From: Spirochaetota bacterium
GTDB lineage: Bacteria; Spirochaetota; UBA4802; UBA5550
Direction of reading: 5' to 3'
Assembly: GCA_041737965.1 (NCBI GenBank)
Contig: JBGSQT010000001.1
Coordinates: 33,848 to 97,847, forward strand
DNA: 64,000 nt
Position numbers and translations under genes: made by a program. Under the pieces are notes generated by a model. It made no database searches and was not told where the DNA came from. It was given only the letters and a program-made list of their open reading frames with translations. The stretch's first letter is position 1. Each line of letters starts with the position of its first letter. Of this stretch, positions 39,578 to 48,302 are shown piece by piece.

Positions 39578-40633
39578 GTGGGCACTATGGGACTTATAAC
39601 GCCAAATATCAACAAGCTTGTCAAGGAAGGGGACACGGAGGGGCTGCAAAAATGCCTCAGGCATAAAAAGGCGGAGATTCGCCTGAAGGCCTTTAATGCG
39701 CTTTTCCATATCTCGCAAAATGACACTGATCTGATGAACAGAATGTGCGAGCTCACCAGGGACAAGGAACCGAAAGTCCGGATAGAGACGACGTTGAGGT
39801 TCGCGACGCTGGGACGCAAAGACATCATGGAGGAAATGAAATACGCGATCGTGAACGGCTCCAAAAGCGAAAAGTTCGAACTGCTGAGGTCTCTGGCAGA
39901 CCATTATAAGGCGCGGGACGAATCGGTGTCTAACCTCCTGGTGCTCGCGCTGAATGACAAGACAGCCATGGTCCAGATCGAGGCAATGAAGACCATGGGG
40001 CTGATGAAGGACACCACCGCGGTGTACCATCTGTCGGAAATGCTTCATGACCGCCGCCACGCCTTGCGGATTGAATCAGTCCTGGCCCTGGGCAATATCG
40101 CCACGGCCGAGGCGATAGACCTGCTCATCGGCTCCCTTATGGACAAGAACCCGGATGTTCGCCGTGCCGCACGGGAATCGCTGGAAAAAATCGGCACCGA
40201 CAGGGCGATGAAGGCCACCAATGACGCTCCCTTCATGCTCCTGGTGAAGCGCATGAACAGCAATGTGGCGACGAAGCTTGACACCATACAATACATCGCA
40301 AAAATGAAAATTCAGGAAGGGCTTCCGCTCATCCGCAAGGCCTGCAGTGACGAGTTTAAAAATGTGCGGATAGAGGCAATCAAGACCATTGGCATTTTCA
40401 AGGACAAATACGCGATGAAAGTGCTTGCCCGGAGCATCGAAGACCCCTATTTCGACGTTCGGCTGGAAACGGTAAGAACCCTGGAAAGGCTCGTGTTGAG
40501 GGAATCGCTCATGCTCATTGAAAAAGCGATCAAGGACTACAACCACAATGTTCGCGAGGAAGCGAAACAGGCGTATTACCATCTCCTTGACAGGATCGAG
40601 AAGGTAGAGAGCCGGAACAAAAAGGACGAGTAA
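39578..40633 (+). CDS. HEAT-repeat (PBS-lyase-type) protein
   Basis: About 9 repeats containing D....VR..A...LG. The start may be ATG 39587. Confidence 0.8.
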   Translation: MGTMGLITPNINKLVKEGDTEGLQKCLRHKKAEIRLKAFNALFHISQNDTDLMNRMCELTRDKEPKVRIETTLRFATLGRKDIMEEMKYAIVNGSKSEKFELLRSLADHYKARDESVSNLLVLALNDKTAMVQIEAMKTMGLMKDTTAVYHLSEMLHDRRHALRIESVLALGNIATAEAIDLLIGSLMDKNPDVRRAARESLEKIGTDRAMKATNDAPFMLLVKRMNSNVATKLDTIQYIAKMKIQEGLPLIRKACSDEFKNVRIEAIKTIGIFKDKYAMKVLARSIEDPYFDVRLETVRTLERLVLRESLMLIEKAIKDYNHNVREEAKQAYYHLLDRIEKVESRNKKDE

Positions 40634-40648
40634 CCGGCCGGTGCATTC

Positions 40649-41164
40649 ATGCCGGACATTCCGATAAAAGAACACCTCATGGCGCTGCCAAATTTCGGCG
40701 GCAATACCTGTTTTGGATGCGGCCCCGCGAACAGGGACGGGCTTCACATGGAATTTCATACAGATGGAGAACGCGTGTACTCATGGATTCACGTACCCCG
40801 GCATCTGTGCGGCTGGGGGAGCATAGTCCACGGAGGCGTACTCGCCACCATGCTTGATGAGATCATGAGCTGGTCGGCGATGTATCTGACCGGTTTCGCG
40901 ATTCTTACGAAATCAATCGCCATCGATTTTCTTAAACCTGTTCGGGCCCTTGAAGAAGTAAGGGTGAGCGGGCTCGTCCGGAACCGAAACGGTGACAGGG
41001 AGGTCGAAATCGAGGGCTTCATCCATGACGGGAAAGATCGGCTCTGCGCACGGTCCAGCGGCACCTTCAGTCTCTTCTCGCCCGGGCGTTTGAGGGAAAA
41101 AGGGATGATCGACGCCGAAATGACCGGTTTTTTTGACCGCCTGTTTGAGACCGCAAAGAAATAA
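40649..41164 (+). CDS. PaaI-family hotdog-fold thioesterase
   Basis: C.GCG..N..GL N-terminal block and the HGGVLATMLDE catalytic-region motif. Confidence 0.8.
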   Translation: MPDIPIKEHLMALPNFGGNTCFGCGPANRDGLHMEFHTDGERVYSWIHVPRHLCGWGSIVHGGVLATMLDEIMSWSAMYLTGFAILTKSIAIDFLKPVRALEEVRVSGLVRNRNGDREVEIEGFIHDGKDRLCARSSGTFSLFSPGRLREKGMIDAEMTGFFDRLFETAKK

Positions 41165-41218
41165 TCCGCACCTTTGTCATTTTTATGATTCTGCACCAAT
41201 AAATTCAAATTCTCTGTC

Positions 41219-41247
41219 TTGACATTTTTTTTAAGCCGCGTTATAAT
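41219..41247 (+). promoter_or_regulatory. Consensus sigma-70 promoter
   Basis: Perfect TTGACA (41219-41224), a 17-nt spacer, then perfect TATAAT (41242-41247), 40 nt upstream of ATG 41287. Confidence 0.6.
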
Positions 41248-41286
41248 TGGAAGATTGTGTAATACAGACATACCGTATTAATTAAT

Positions 41287-41745
41287 ATGATAATAAGTTT
41301 ACTGATAATTCTGCTGATCATTTCTTTCATTGTGCACATATACTTTTTAATACAGTATATTGGCACAAAAAAGAAAAAATTCCTGACTCTCTATCTGAAT
41401 ACGACCGTCAGCAACATGTTGATCGCCGGTGGGCTGATCTACGTTTCCCTTAAAAACCCGTTACAGATAAGGGAGGTGGATCTAAAAACACTTTTCTGGT
41501 TAATATCGGGAATTGTTCTCGCCGTTACCCTGAATGTGAAAATATCGATTTTCAGAAACATATACCGCAGGGCCCAGGAACCGGAGAATTATCATTTTAA
41601 TTTTTTCGGTAAGAAGGTCCTGCACGCCACGGTGGTGAAACCGATCTATCTGTTCGGTTTTTTCGGATCTATGCCGTTTTTTCTTGTGGCCGGTTCCTAT
41701 TTCGTTGCACGACTCATAAATTTGATACTGTACCGGCACTTGTAG
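41287..41745 (+). CDS. Small integral membrane protein (4 predicted TM helices)
   Basis: Four hydrophobic segments in an AT-rich gene behind a consensus promoter. I recognise no family. Confidence 0.55.
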   Translation: MIISLLIILLIISFIVHIYFLIQYIGTKKKKFLTLYLNTTVSNMLIAGGLIYVSLKNPLQIREVDLKTLFWLISGIVLAVTLNVKISIFRNIYRRAQEPENYHFNFFGKKVLHATVVKPIYLFGFFGSMPFFLVAGSYFVARLINLILYRHL

Positions 41746-41786
41746 GATGTAAGAATTTCAATATCGCGCAATGGCGATAAATGTAA

Positions 41787-41816
41787 TTGACTGTTTACAG
41801 CGATGTGTGCTATAAA
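41787..41816 (+). promoter_or_regulatory. Candidate sigma-70 promoter with an extended -10
   Basis: TTGACT, an 18-nt spacer, then TGcTATAAA, about 50 nt upstream of ATG 41865. Confidence 0.5.
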
Positions 41817-41864
41817 TGGCCTAATCGCCTTTTTCGGCACCCATATTATTCAAGGAGGGATTAA

Positions 41865-42158
41865 ATGGCTTTTATTTCGAGCAGAGTGAATAAGAACGCA
41901 AAGAAATGCTTTGATTGCGTATTTCAGCAGATTCAGTCAAAAATACAGGGGAAAATAAACAAAACCACGGACGACTTCTATTTTGACAAGGACGGGCTCT
42001 GGTACAAGGGGACGAAAATAGCTTTTGAGAGCGTTATGAGGGCAGGGTGCAGTTTTTGCCCCACGAAAGAAGATTTCGTCAAGGTCTACGGCGTTGATCC
42101 ATTCGAATACTTTCGCGATGAGTTTATGAAAAAGATCAAAGAAGAAAGCCGGGACTGA
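41865..42158 (+). CDS. Small hypothetical protein with two CxxC pairs (97 aa)
   Basis: aggaggg RBS. CFDC and CSFC pairs suggest a metal site. It is followed by a strong terminator. Confidence 0.5.
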   Translation: MAFISSRVNKNAKKCFDCVFQQIQSKIQGKINKTTDDFYFDKDGLWYKGTKIAFESVMRAGCSFCPTKEDFVKVYGVDPFEYFRDEFMKKIKEESRD

Positions 42159-42190
42159 CAGTTTCCGAGAAACGACATATATTCGTGGAA

Positions 42191-42232
42191 AAAATAAAAT
42201 GGGGGGAGCGCTCCCCCATTTTATTTTTTTTT
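42191..42232 (+). terminator. Strong Rho-independent terminator
   Basis: Long near-perfect palindrome aaaataaaatgggggGagcgctcccccattttatttt, followed by a T-run. Confidence 0.75.
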
Positions 42233-42290
42233 CTGCACTTTCCGGCATATGATTGAGTAAAGACAATAGAATGTCTAAAGGAGCGGTGTC

Positions 42291-42671
42291 ATGTTTAAAT
42301 TTCTTTCAGGGACCGGCAGTAAAAAAGCTGAGCGCAAATCCGAAGAGAGGAAAAATGAAAGGTTTGATTTTTTTCAAACCACTTATTTCCGATCAGAAAA
42401 CGGTGCGGAGAAGACATACCAGTGCTGGTCTAATAATATTTCAATGGGCGGTCTCTGTTTCGATGCGGAGTCGGGGGATATAGGGCTTGATGAAAAAATC
42501 AAAATACTCTACAAGATCGAGACGAAGATACGTCATGACGTATGTTGTATAAAGTTTAAAAGCAAGGCCCTCAACAACTGGCGGTACGGGTGTCAGTTCG
42601 CCGATGACGATCCCCAACGCGATGAACTGATCGAAAAATACATTAATGACCACGTCCTCGCGAAACGATAG
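42291..42671 (+). CDS. PilZ-domain (c-di-GMP-binding) protein
   Basis: RxxxR motif (RKNER) and N.S..G motif (NISMGG) at the expected spacing. 126 aa. Confidence 0.72.
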   Translation: MFKFLSGTGSKKAERKSEERKNERFDFFQTTYFRSENGAEKTYQCWSNNISMGGLCFDAESGDIGLDEKIKILYKIETKIRHDVCCIKFKSKALNNWRYGCQFADDDPQRDELIEKYINDHVLAKR

Positions 42672-42732
42672 ACCTGCTGGTTTTCAAGCTTTAAAAAGCG
42701 ATACTACTGTTTGACTTCAGACGATCCTGCCG

Positions 42733-43485
42733 TCAGGGTTTGTCCACGTCAAGGTCCGCCGCCAGCAGTTTTTTCGGGATTATCCCGATAATGGCCAGAA
42801 GCGCCATGCTGAGTATCATAAACATCACGGTCACCGTGATTATGGTCATCTGGTTTTTTATGATATCGATCCTGTTGAGAGATACTCCCATCAGGAAGAA
42901 ACCCCAGTGTCTGCCCTTGAGCTGGACAGGCGAGCCGACCAGCCACATTGTCTCGCCGGTATCGCGGTAGTAGAGCAGACGAACCGTCTCGTTACCCTTG
43001 TAGCCCAGGGCCTTCTTAATTGACGGATTGTCAGAGAATATGCGTTTTGACCGGCTCTTGACGAGATCGATCTTGTAATTGCCGGTTTCCGGCAAAGAGT
43101 ATTTGGAATTGTGGACCGGGACATAGCCGTTTTTGTCGGCCAGCACCGCGAAATCTATGTCGCTGTCCTTGAGAAACTCATCCGATATCTTCTGAACATA
43201 TTTCTCGATCTTTGCATCATACCGTGTGTGATATTTCTTCGGATTCGATCCGGGAATTTCGACATAATTCGTATCAAAAAGGTCCTGCTCGGTGATCGAA
43301 CCTTCTGTTATCATTAATTCCATGACATCGCTCATGATCCTGGAACCGAGTGTCGCTTCTATCTGGCATTTCTCATAGAGCTGGTTTTCCAGACTGTCGA
43401 ACATAAAGCGGATGATAAAAAACGATCCGATGGAGAGTGTTATACAAAGACCGATGATAAGCAGTACTTTGTGCTTGAATTTCAT
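42733..43485 (-). CDS. Membrane protein consisting only of a TM-Cache-like periplasmic sensor-TM module
   Basis: An N-terminal TM helix, a roughly 180-aa extracytoplasmic domain with Cache-like blocks (DKNGYVPVHN, YYRDTGE, GRHWGFF) and a second TM helix. The ORF then ends without HAMP or an output domain. Confidence 0.6.
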   Translation of the reverse strand: MKFKHKVLLIIGLCITLSIGSFFIIRFMFDSLENQLYEKCQIEATLGSRIMSDVMELMITEGSITEQDLFDTNYVEIPGSNPKKYHTRYDAKIEKYVQKISDEFLKDSDIDFAVLADKNGYVPVHNSKYSLPETGNYKIDLVKSRSKRIFSDNPSIKKALGYKGNETVRLLYYRDTGETMWLVGSPVQLKGRHWGFFLMGVSLNRIDIIKNQMTIITVTVMFMILSMALLAIIGIIPKKLLAADLDVDKP

Positions 43486-43700
43486 GGCATTCCCTGATTA
43501 TAGCTATTTTTTTTTGAAATGTGTCAAACTATGACATGATTAATTCAATGTGTCAATTACTTTATACCATGTCTCCAACTTAAAAAAATCCGTCATTCGT
43601 GAAAGACCGACGCGAAAAGCGTGAATACATTATATATAATAAAGAGGACTTCTCCGCATATAATGGGAATGACGATCCCGAACTGCCATTCACCGACGTT

Positions 43701-44444
43701 TTAAAGGATTTTTTTCAGCGCTTCGGCAATGATTGCCGACCCGATATGGTTGATGTGGATGTCGTCAAGGGCGATGGAGTCGATATCAATGTCGCCGTTC
43801 AGGGGGTCAATGCATTGGACATTCCTGTACCGGCGTGCCGTTTCACGGTAGATGGAATTGTAAAGGTCGATGTTTTTCTTCACATGGGGGCTTTTCCGAA
43901 CCAGCAGCGATGAAGGCTTGCCGATCAGAATTATGATCACCGACGCGTTCAGTGCCTCGGCTCGGGAGAAGTAATTCTCTAAATTTGCCCTGAATTGCTC
44001 CGGCGGCACATAGGTGATTTCCGGGTTTCTGACCCTGCGTCGCCGCACAAAACCGATGTATTTATTTCTCCAATATGCATTCAGGACCCTTGTAATGAAG
44101 TAATGCTCGATTCCCTTTTTCCTGAAAAGCCTCGGCGCGCATTCCGCGAGCCCCATCTGGAGAATGACGGTGTCCGGCCTGTACCTCTCAAGCAGGGTCA
44201 CGCCGCCGCCACCTTCGGTCACGAGTCGTACGGTTGTGGACCCGCTCGCGGGGCGGTCGATGAAATCGTAGCAGGGGAAGAACTCCTTTATCCTGAAAAT
44301 CCAGGTGTCTTCGTAGGGAAGGTCTGCCCTGGGCATCCCGTGGGAATCCGACACGATCAGGACTTTTCTCTTTTCCGGTCCGGCTCCGTTTTTTCCGGGA
44401 GCCGGGCAGTCGACACGGGATTGCGCATCATCGCTCTGATTCAT
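43701..44444 (-). CDS. SGNH/GDSL-family hydrolase
   Basis: Block I VLIVSDSHG, with later blocks compatible with the family (DDIHINHIG resembles the DxxH block). Confidence 0.68.
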   Translation of the reverse strand: MNQSDDAQSRVDCPAPGKNGAGPEKRKVLIVSDSHGMPRADLPYEDTWIFRIKEFFPCYDFIDRPASGSTTVRLVTEGGGGVTLLERYRPDTVILQMGLAECAPRLFRKKGIEHYFITRVLNAYWRNKYIGFVRRRRVRNPEITYVPPEQFRANLENYFSRAEALNASVIIILIGKPSSLLVRKSPHVKKNIDLYNSIYRETARRYRNVQCIDPLNGDIDIDSIALDDIHINHIGSAIIAEALKKIL

Positions 44445-44510
44445 ACGCGAACTAAAGGCAGGCGGGCCTGTTTCGTCAAGCAGGTTTCGAAATGAACCGT
44501 TATCAACGGT

Positions 44511-45023
44511 TCACTCATTGGTCGATATTTCTTCCACGAGGGCCGAAAAGAGCGTGATAACGTCCTCGTTTGCTTTCCTCAGTTTTTTTGAGAGCTGTCC
44601 CGCAATTATTCTCGTAATTTCAAGTCCCGCGGAGGGATTATCATTGCCGAAGGCGATAAAGTCGCCCCTGTTGATGACGAGGCACTGACAATCCGTTTTG
44701 GCGATTACGGTGGCAGACCTCTTTTCGTGGTCGATCAGGGCCAGTTCACCTACATAGACGCTTCCTGACCTCGAGCTCTGCGTGGTCACGGTATACTCCT
44801 CCTTCTGAAGCGTCTTTTTCAGGATTTCGATCTCGCCCCCGGCGATGATGAACAGCTCGTCGCCATATTCATCTTCCTTTATAATTGTCTTGCCTTTTTT
44901 TATCTGCTTCTTCCTGCAGAGTGAGGCGATTTTTTCCATAATCGCGGTATCGTCCCTGTAGGGGCGGAAAAAGGAGACGTTCCGGAGTATTTTGATCATA
45001 TCGGTCATATCAGGCGTTGCCAT
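44511..45023 (-). CDS. Stand-alone cyclic-nucleotide-binding domain protein
   Basis: GDELFIIAGGE and GELALID...RSATV cassette. The start at 45023 overlaps the channel gene by 14 nt; the alternative start at 45008 begins 1 nt after its stop. Confidence 0.85.
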   Translation of the reverse strand: MATPDMTDMIKILRNVSFFRPYRDDTAIMEKIASLCRKKQIKKGKTIIKEDEYGDELFIIAGGEIEILKKTLQKEEYTVTTQSSRSGSVYVGELALIDHEKRSATVIAKTDCQCLVINRGDFIAFGNDNPSAGLEITRIIAGQLSKKLRKANEDVITLFSALVEEISTNE

Positions 45024-46320
45024 GGGACGCCTCCGTACCGGCTGCCGTAAGGTGCCTGCTTCTCCCTTCGATAAGTATCGCCCTGCAGTTTTTTTTCAGG
45101 ATGTAATCAGGGTGGGGGTTGATCACCGGCAGGTTTGCCGTCAGTTTCTTTACGTCTTTGAGGTTGTCCACAAGTGTCGAGATGTCCGGCGTTTTCTGGG
45201 CTTCCTGGATTGCCTCCTTCTTCCTAGTGAAGAAATTGCCGGTATTTTCGAGGACACCGATCAGTATTGAATTGTCCCTGTTTCGGTAAAAATCGTACAG
45301 ATCCCGGAAACTCTTCCCTAAGAAATTTTTCGGTATGCCGATCGTGTTGATCGAAATTCCGGCGTTTACGTCCAGGAGCTCGTTGATGATATGGGAAATT
45401 CCGCTTCCGGTCGAGGCGTTGGCGATGAGGGCCCGGTTGTAATCGCTGGAGAGGATGATCTCGTCGCAGTTCGACGCGTTCAGGTACCGCGCGAATTTCG
45501 AATCCAGCAGTTCAGCGCAGGTATACACCGATTTGCACAGGGATTTTATGGTGATGATCGTCATAACGGTCCGTGAGTCGATTTCCTGCGGCGATCCGGT
45601 GATCATCCTGTCGGCCATGACCAAAACCTTCTGCGCATGCTTCAGGTTGGCGCGATGAAGGACCCGCTCGTCGATGTAATCGCCGTGAATGAAATTTATG
45701 CTGGAGAGGGTCTTGTCTGTGCGGAGGTTTTCAATCTCTTCCGGGTCAGCGGAGGTTATCAGGACGATTTCCGACGGCAGAAAGGACTTGTTTTTTTCCA
45801 GAATGTCGGTCAGGACTTCGGCCATGTTCCTCTTCCATCCGCAAATTATGAAATGGTTTGTGAGCTTGAGCTGTTTCAAACCTCTTCCCTCCTTTAACTG
45901 TTTCTCCACGAGCAGTGATGCGATGTTACCCGTTATGATGCCGACCAGGGATATTCCGAAGAACATAAGGATTGTGCCGGTTATCCTCCCGAGCCTGGAC
46001 TTGGGATAATAGTCTCCGTATCCCACCGTCGTCGATGTAACGATGGTCCACCAGATTGCTTCCTCGAATGTGCGTATATTGCTTGAGTTTTTATGGTCTG
46101 TCACCTTCACGCCGTTTACCATGGCGTAGTGCACATAATCCTTCTCAATGCTGTAGATGATGAAAGAAAAAAGAATCAGAATCGAGCCGGCAATGAGGAT
46201 CAGTTTAAAGAGGATGTTCTTCCATAATCTAATGCACAGCGCCTTTGCCCATATGGCCGGTCCCGGCCTGCCGTTTTTATCTTCCATAATACCCATCCGG
46301 GATGAATCGCGGTTCTTCAT
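45010..46320 (-). CDS. Two-TM potassium channel with a cytoplasmic RCK/TrkA domain (MthK-like)
   Basis: Selectivity filter TSTTVGYGD, followed by the Rossmann-like HFIICGWKRN and a TrkA_C-like region. Confidence 0.85.
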   Translation of the reverse strand: MKNRDSSRMGIMEDKNGRPGPAIWAKALCIRLWKNILFKLILIAGSILILFSFIIYSIEKDYVHYAMVNGVKVTDHKNSSNIRTFEEAIWWTIVTSTTVGYGDYYPKSRLGRITGTILMFFGISLVGIITGNIASLLVEKQLKEGRGLKQLKLTNHFIICGWKRNMAEVLTDILEKNKSFLPSEIVLITSADPEEIENLRTDKTLSSINFIHGDYIDERVLHRANLKHAQKVLVMADRMITGSPQEIDSRTVMTIITIKSLCKSVYTCAELLDSKFARYLNASNCDEIILSSDYNRALIANASTGSGISHIINELLDVNAGISINTIGIPKNFLGKSFRDLYDFYRNRDNSILIGVLENTGNFFTRKKEAIQEAQKTPDISTLVDNLKDVKKLTANLPVINPHPDYILKKNCRAILIEGRSRHLTAAGTEASHGNA

Positions 46321-46548
46321 AGTAGTATTTTCGATAGAATCCGGTCATTTTCTTAATTCCGAGGGGCATATTTTTCATGATTTTATCGTAAATATATTTT
46401 CCCGGGTGATTAAGAGCAAATAGCATGAAAAAATCGTTGGCCAGGCCCGGGGGGAACGGATTTTCCTTGATTAATTACGCGATCCCTTGGTATATTACTT
46501 TCTGAATCAACACATCATTATGGTCAGCCGAGCGAGAGGGATATTCGT

Positions 46549-47256
46549 ATGAAACATTACCATTGGTTATATTCGTTGTTATTGGGACTGTGTATCGGGT
46601 GCGTGACGATGCCTGAACCGGTCAGCGACAGTTATATGATCGATAAGACCAAGGATGAGCAGAAATTGATCAGTGAACTGCAGGAAAAGATTGTCTCCAA
46701 AAAGCTGGAAATGGACAATTACAGGGATACGGTAAAAAAAGCCGATCAGACCCTCCTGAGGAGCCGCAGCGAGTTTTCGGTGCTGAACAAGAAGAAATCG
46801 TTGTTCATGGAGGAGCAGAAGCTTGCCCTTGTGAAAGAGGACCAGGCTGCCGCAAATGAAATACAGGAACAGATAAACGGCAATGAGCTGTTGATTCAGA
46901 AACAGAAGCTCCATGTCCGATTCAGCGAGTTGATGAAAGCGAATGCAGAAGCAACCGGAAAGATAAAGGAATCGGAACTCGCGGTGCTTGTGGCTGAGAT
47001 GAGTTATGAGAAAGCCAAGGTGGCCAAAAAATATTTCGACAAACGGAACAAAGAGCTGGGAAAGGACAAGGAGGAACCTTCTTTTTTCAGCAGGCTTTTC
47101 GGGGGTGGCGGCAACGACACCATCGATACCTCGAGATATCTGGCCTATCTTGAGAAACTCCGGGACCGACTGAAAGCCGACAGGGAAAGCCAGAAGGAGA
47201 CAGAGACCAAAGCGGAAGCGGCGGAGAAGGCATTTAACTCATTTACCTCGCAGTAA
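46549..47256 (+). CDS. Coiled-coil lipoprotein
   Basis: Lipobox LLLGLCIGC. The rest is K/E/Q-rich heptad-like sequence. Confidence 0.62.
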   Translation: MKHYHWLYSLLLGLCIGCVTMPEPVSDSYMIDKTKDEQKLISELQEKIVSKKLEMDNYRDTVKKADQTLLRSRSEFSVLNKKKSLFMEEQKLALVKEDQAAANEIQEQINGNELLIQKQKLHVRFSELMKANAEATGKIKESELAVLVAEMSYEKAKVAKKYFDKRNKELGKDKEEPSFFSRLFGGGGNDTIDTSRYLAYLEKLRDRLKADRESQKETETKAEAAEKAFNSFTSQ

Positions 47257-47263
47257 GGAGATT

Positions 47264-48298
47264 GTGATGAAACCAGTCACAGGAATTGCGGTCGTCGCGG
47301 CGGTACTTTTCGGATCGATGCTGCCGGCGCGGTCGGACCTTTTTTATTCTACCGCTGAATACAATAAAGTGTACAACAGGAAAGTGGCTGCGGAGCTTGA
47401 AATCGAATGGTTAAAAAAGCTTCATAGCAATGAAAAGGGGAACTTTGAGTCAAAAATACGGGACCTTCAGGGGATAATCGAAAACCTGGAAGAGCAGTTG
47501 GGCATATTCAAGACCCGTGCAAAAGAGCAGGAGGACTCCGCGAACAGGAGGATCGAAGACCTCGAAAAACGGACCGATATTTTAAAACAAAAGGGCTCTG
47601 ACAGGGAAAAGGAATTGATCCAGGAAAACAGGGATCTTCAGTCCAGGTTTGAAAAGGAGAGGGATGAGCTGAGAAAAAAATTGGACGACGAGAGGGATGC
47701 GCACATTCAGTCGGCCAAAAAACAACGGGACGAGTGCCAGTCCAGGATCGACGATATGCAGAGGACCATCGGCAATCTCACCAATGACCTCGCCGGCCTG
47801 AAGGACCTTACCAAAAGGCAGAAGGAAGAGCTGGCCAGAATGGAATCGCAGGCGGATGAACTGGCCACCCAGTTAAAGGAGGAAATCGACAAGGGGGATA
47901 TCCGCCTCAGAAAATTTCATAACAAGCTTATAATCAATCTCGATGACAAGATCTGCTTCGATTCCGGCTCATCGGAGCTTAAAAAGGAGATTCTGCCCGC
48001 CCTCAACAAGATAGTTCAGATTCTCAATAAATATTCTGAAAACAGGATCGTCATCGAAGGGAACACCGACAATGTCCCCATTATAAGCAAGCGGTTCAGG
48101 GACAACTGGGAACTTTCAACGGAACGGGCGCTCTCCGTTCTGGGGTATATTCTAAAAAATAAACAGCTCGATTCCCGCAGATTTTCCGCTGCAGGGTACG
48201 GCGAATTCAATCCGATAGTGCAGAACGACACTTCTGAAAACCGGTCTCTCAACAGGCGCGTTGATATCGTGGTGCTGCCGAGGGTTAAAGACCAGTAA
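47264..48298 (+). CDS. OmpA/MotB-family peptidoglycan-binding protein with a long coiled-coil N-domain
   Basis: Signal peptide and about 200 aa of coiled coil. OmpA_C motifs GNTDNVPI, NWELSTERA, GYGEFNP and NRRVDIVV. Confidence 0.85.
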   Translation: MMKPVTGIAVVAAVLFGSMLPARSDLFYSTAEYNKVYNRKVAAELEIEWLKKLHSNEKGNFESKIRDLQGIIENLEEQLGIFKTRAKEQEDSANRRIEDLEKRTDILKQKGSDREKELIQENRDLQSRFEKERDELRKKLDDERDAHIQSAKKQRDECQSRIDDMQRTIGNLTNDLAGLKDLTKRQKEELARMESQADELATQLKEEIDKGDIRLRKFHNKLIINLDDKICFDSGSSELKKEILPALNKIVQILNKYSENRIVIEGNTDNVPIISKRFRDNWELSTERALSVLGYILKNKQLDSRRFSAAGYGEFNPIVQNDTSENRSLNRRVDIVVLPRVKDQ

Positions 48299-48302
48299 TA
48301 GT

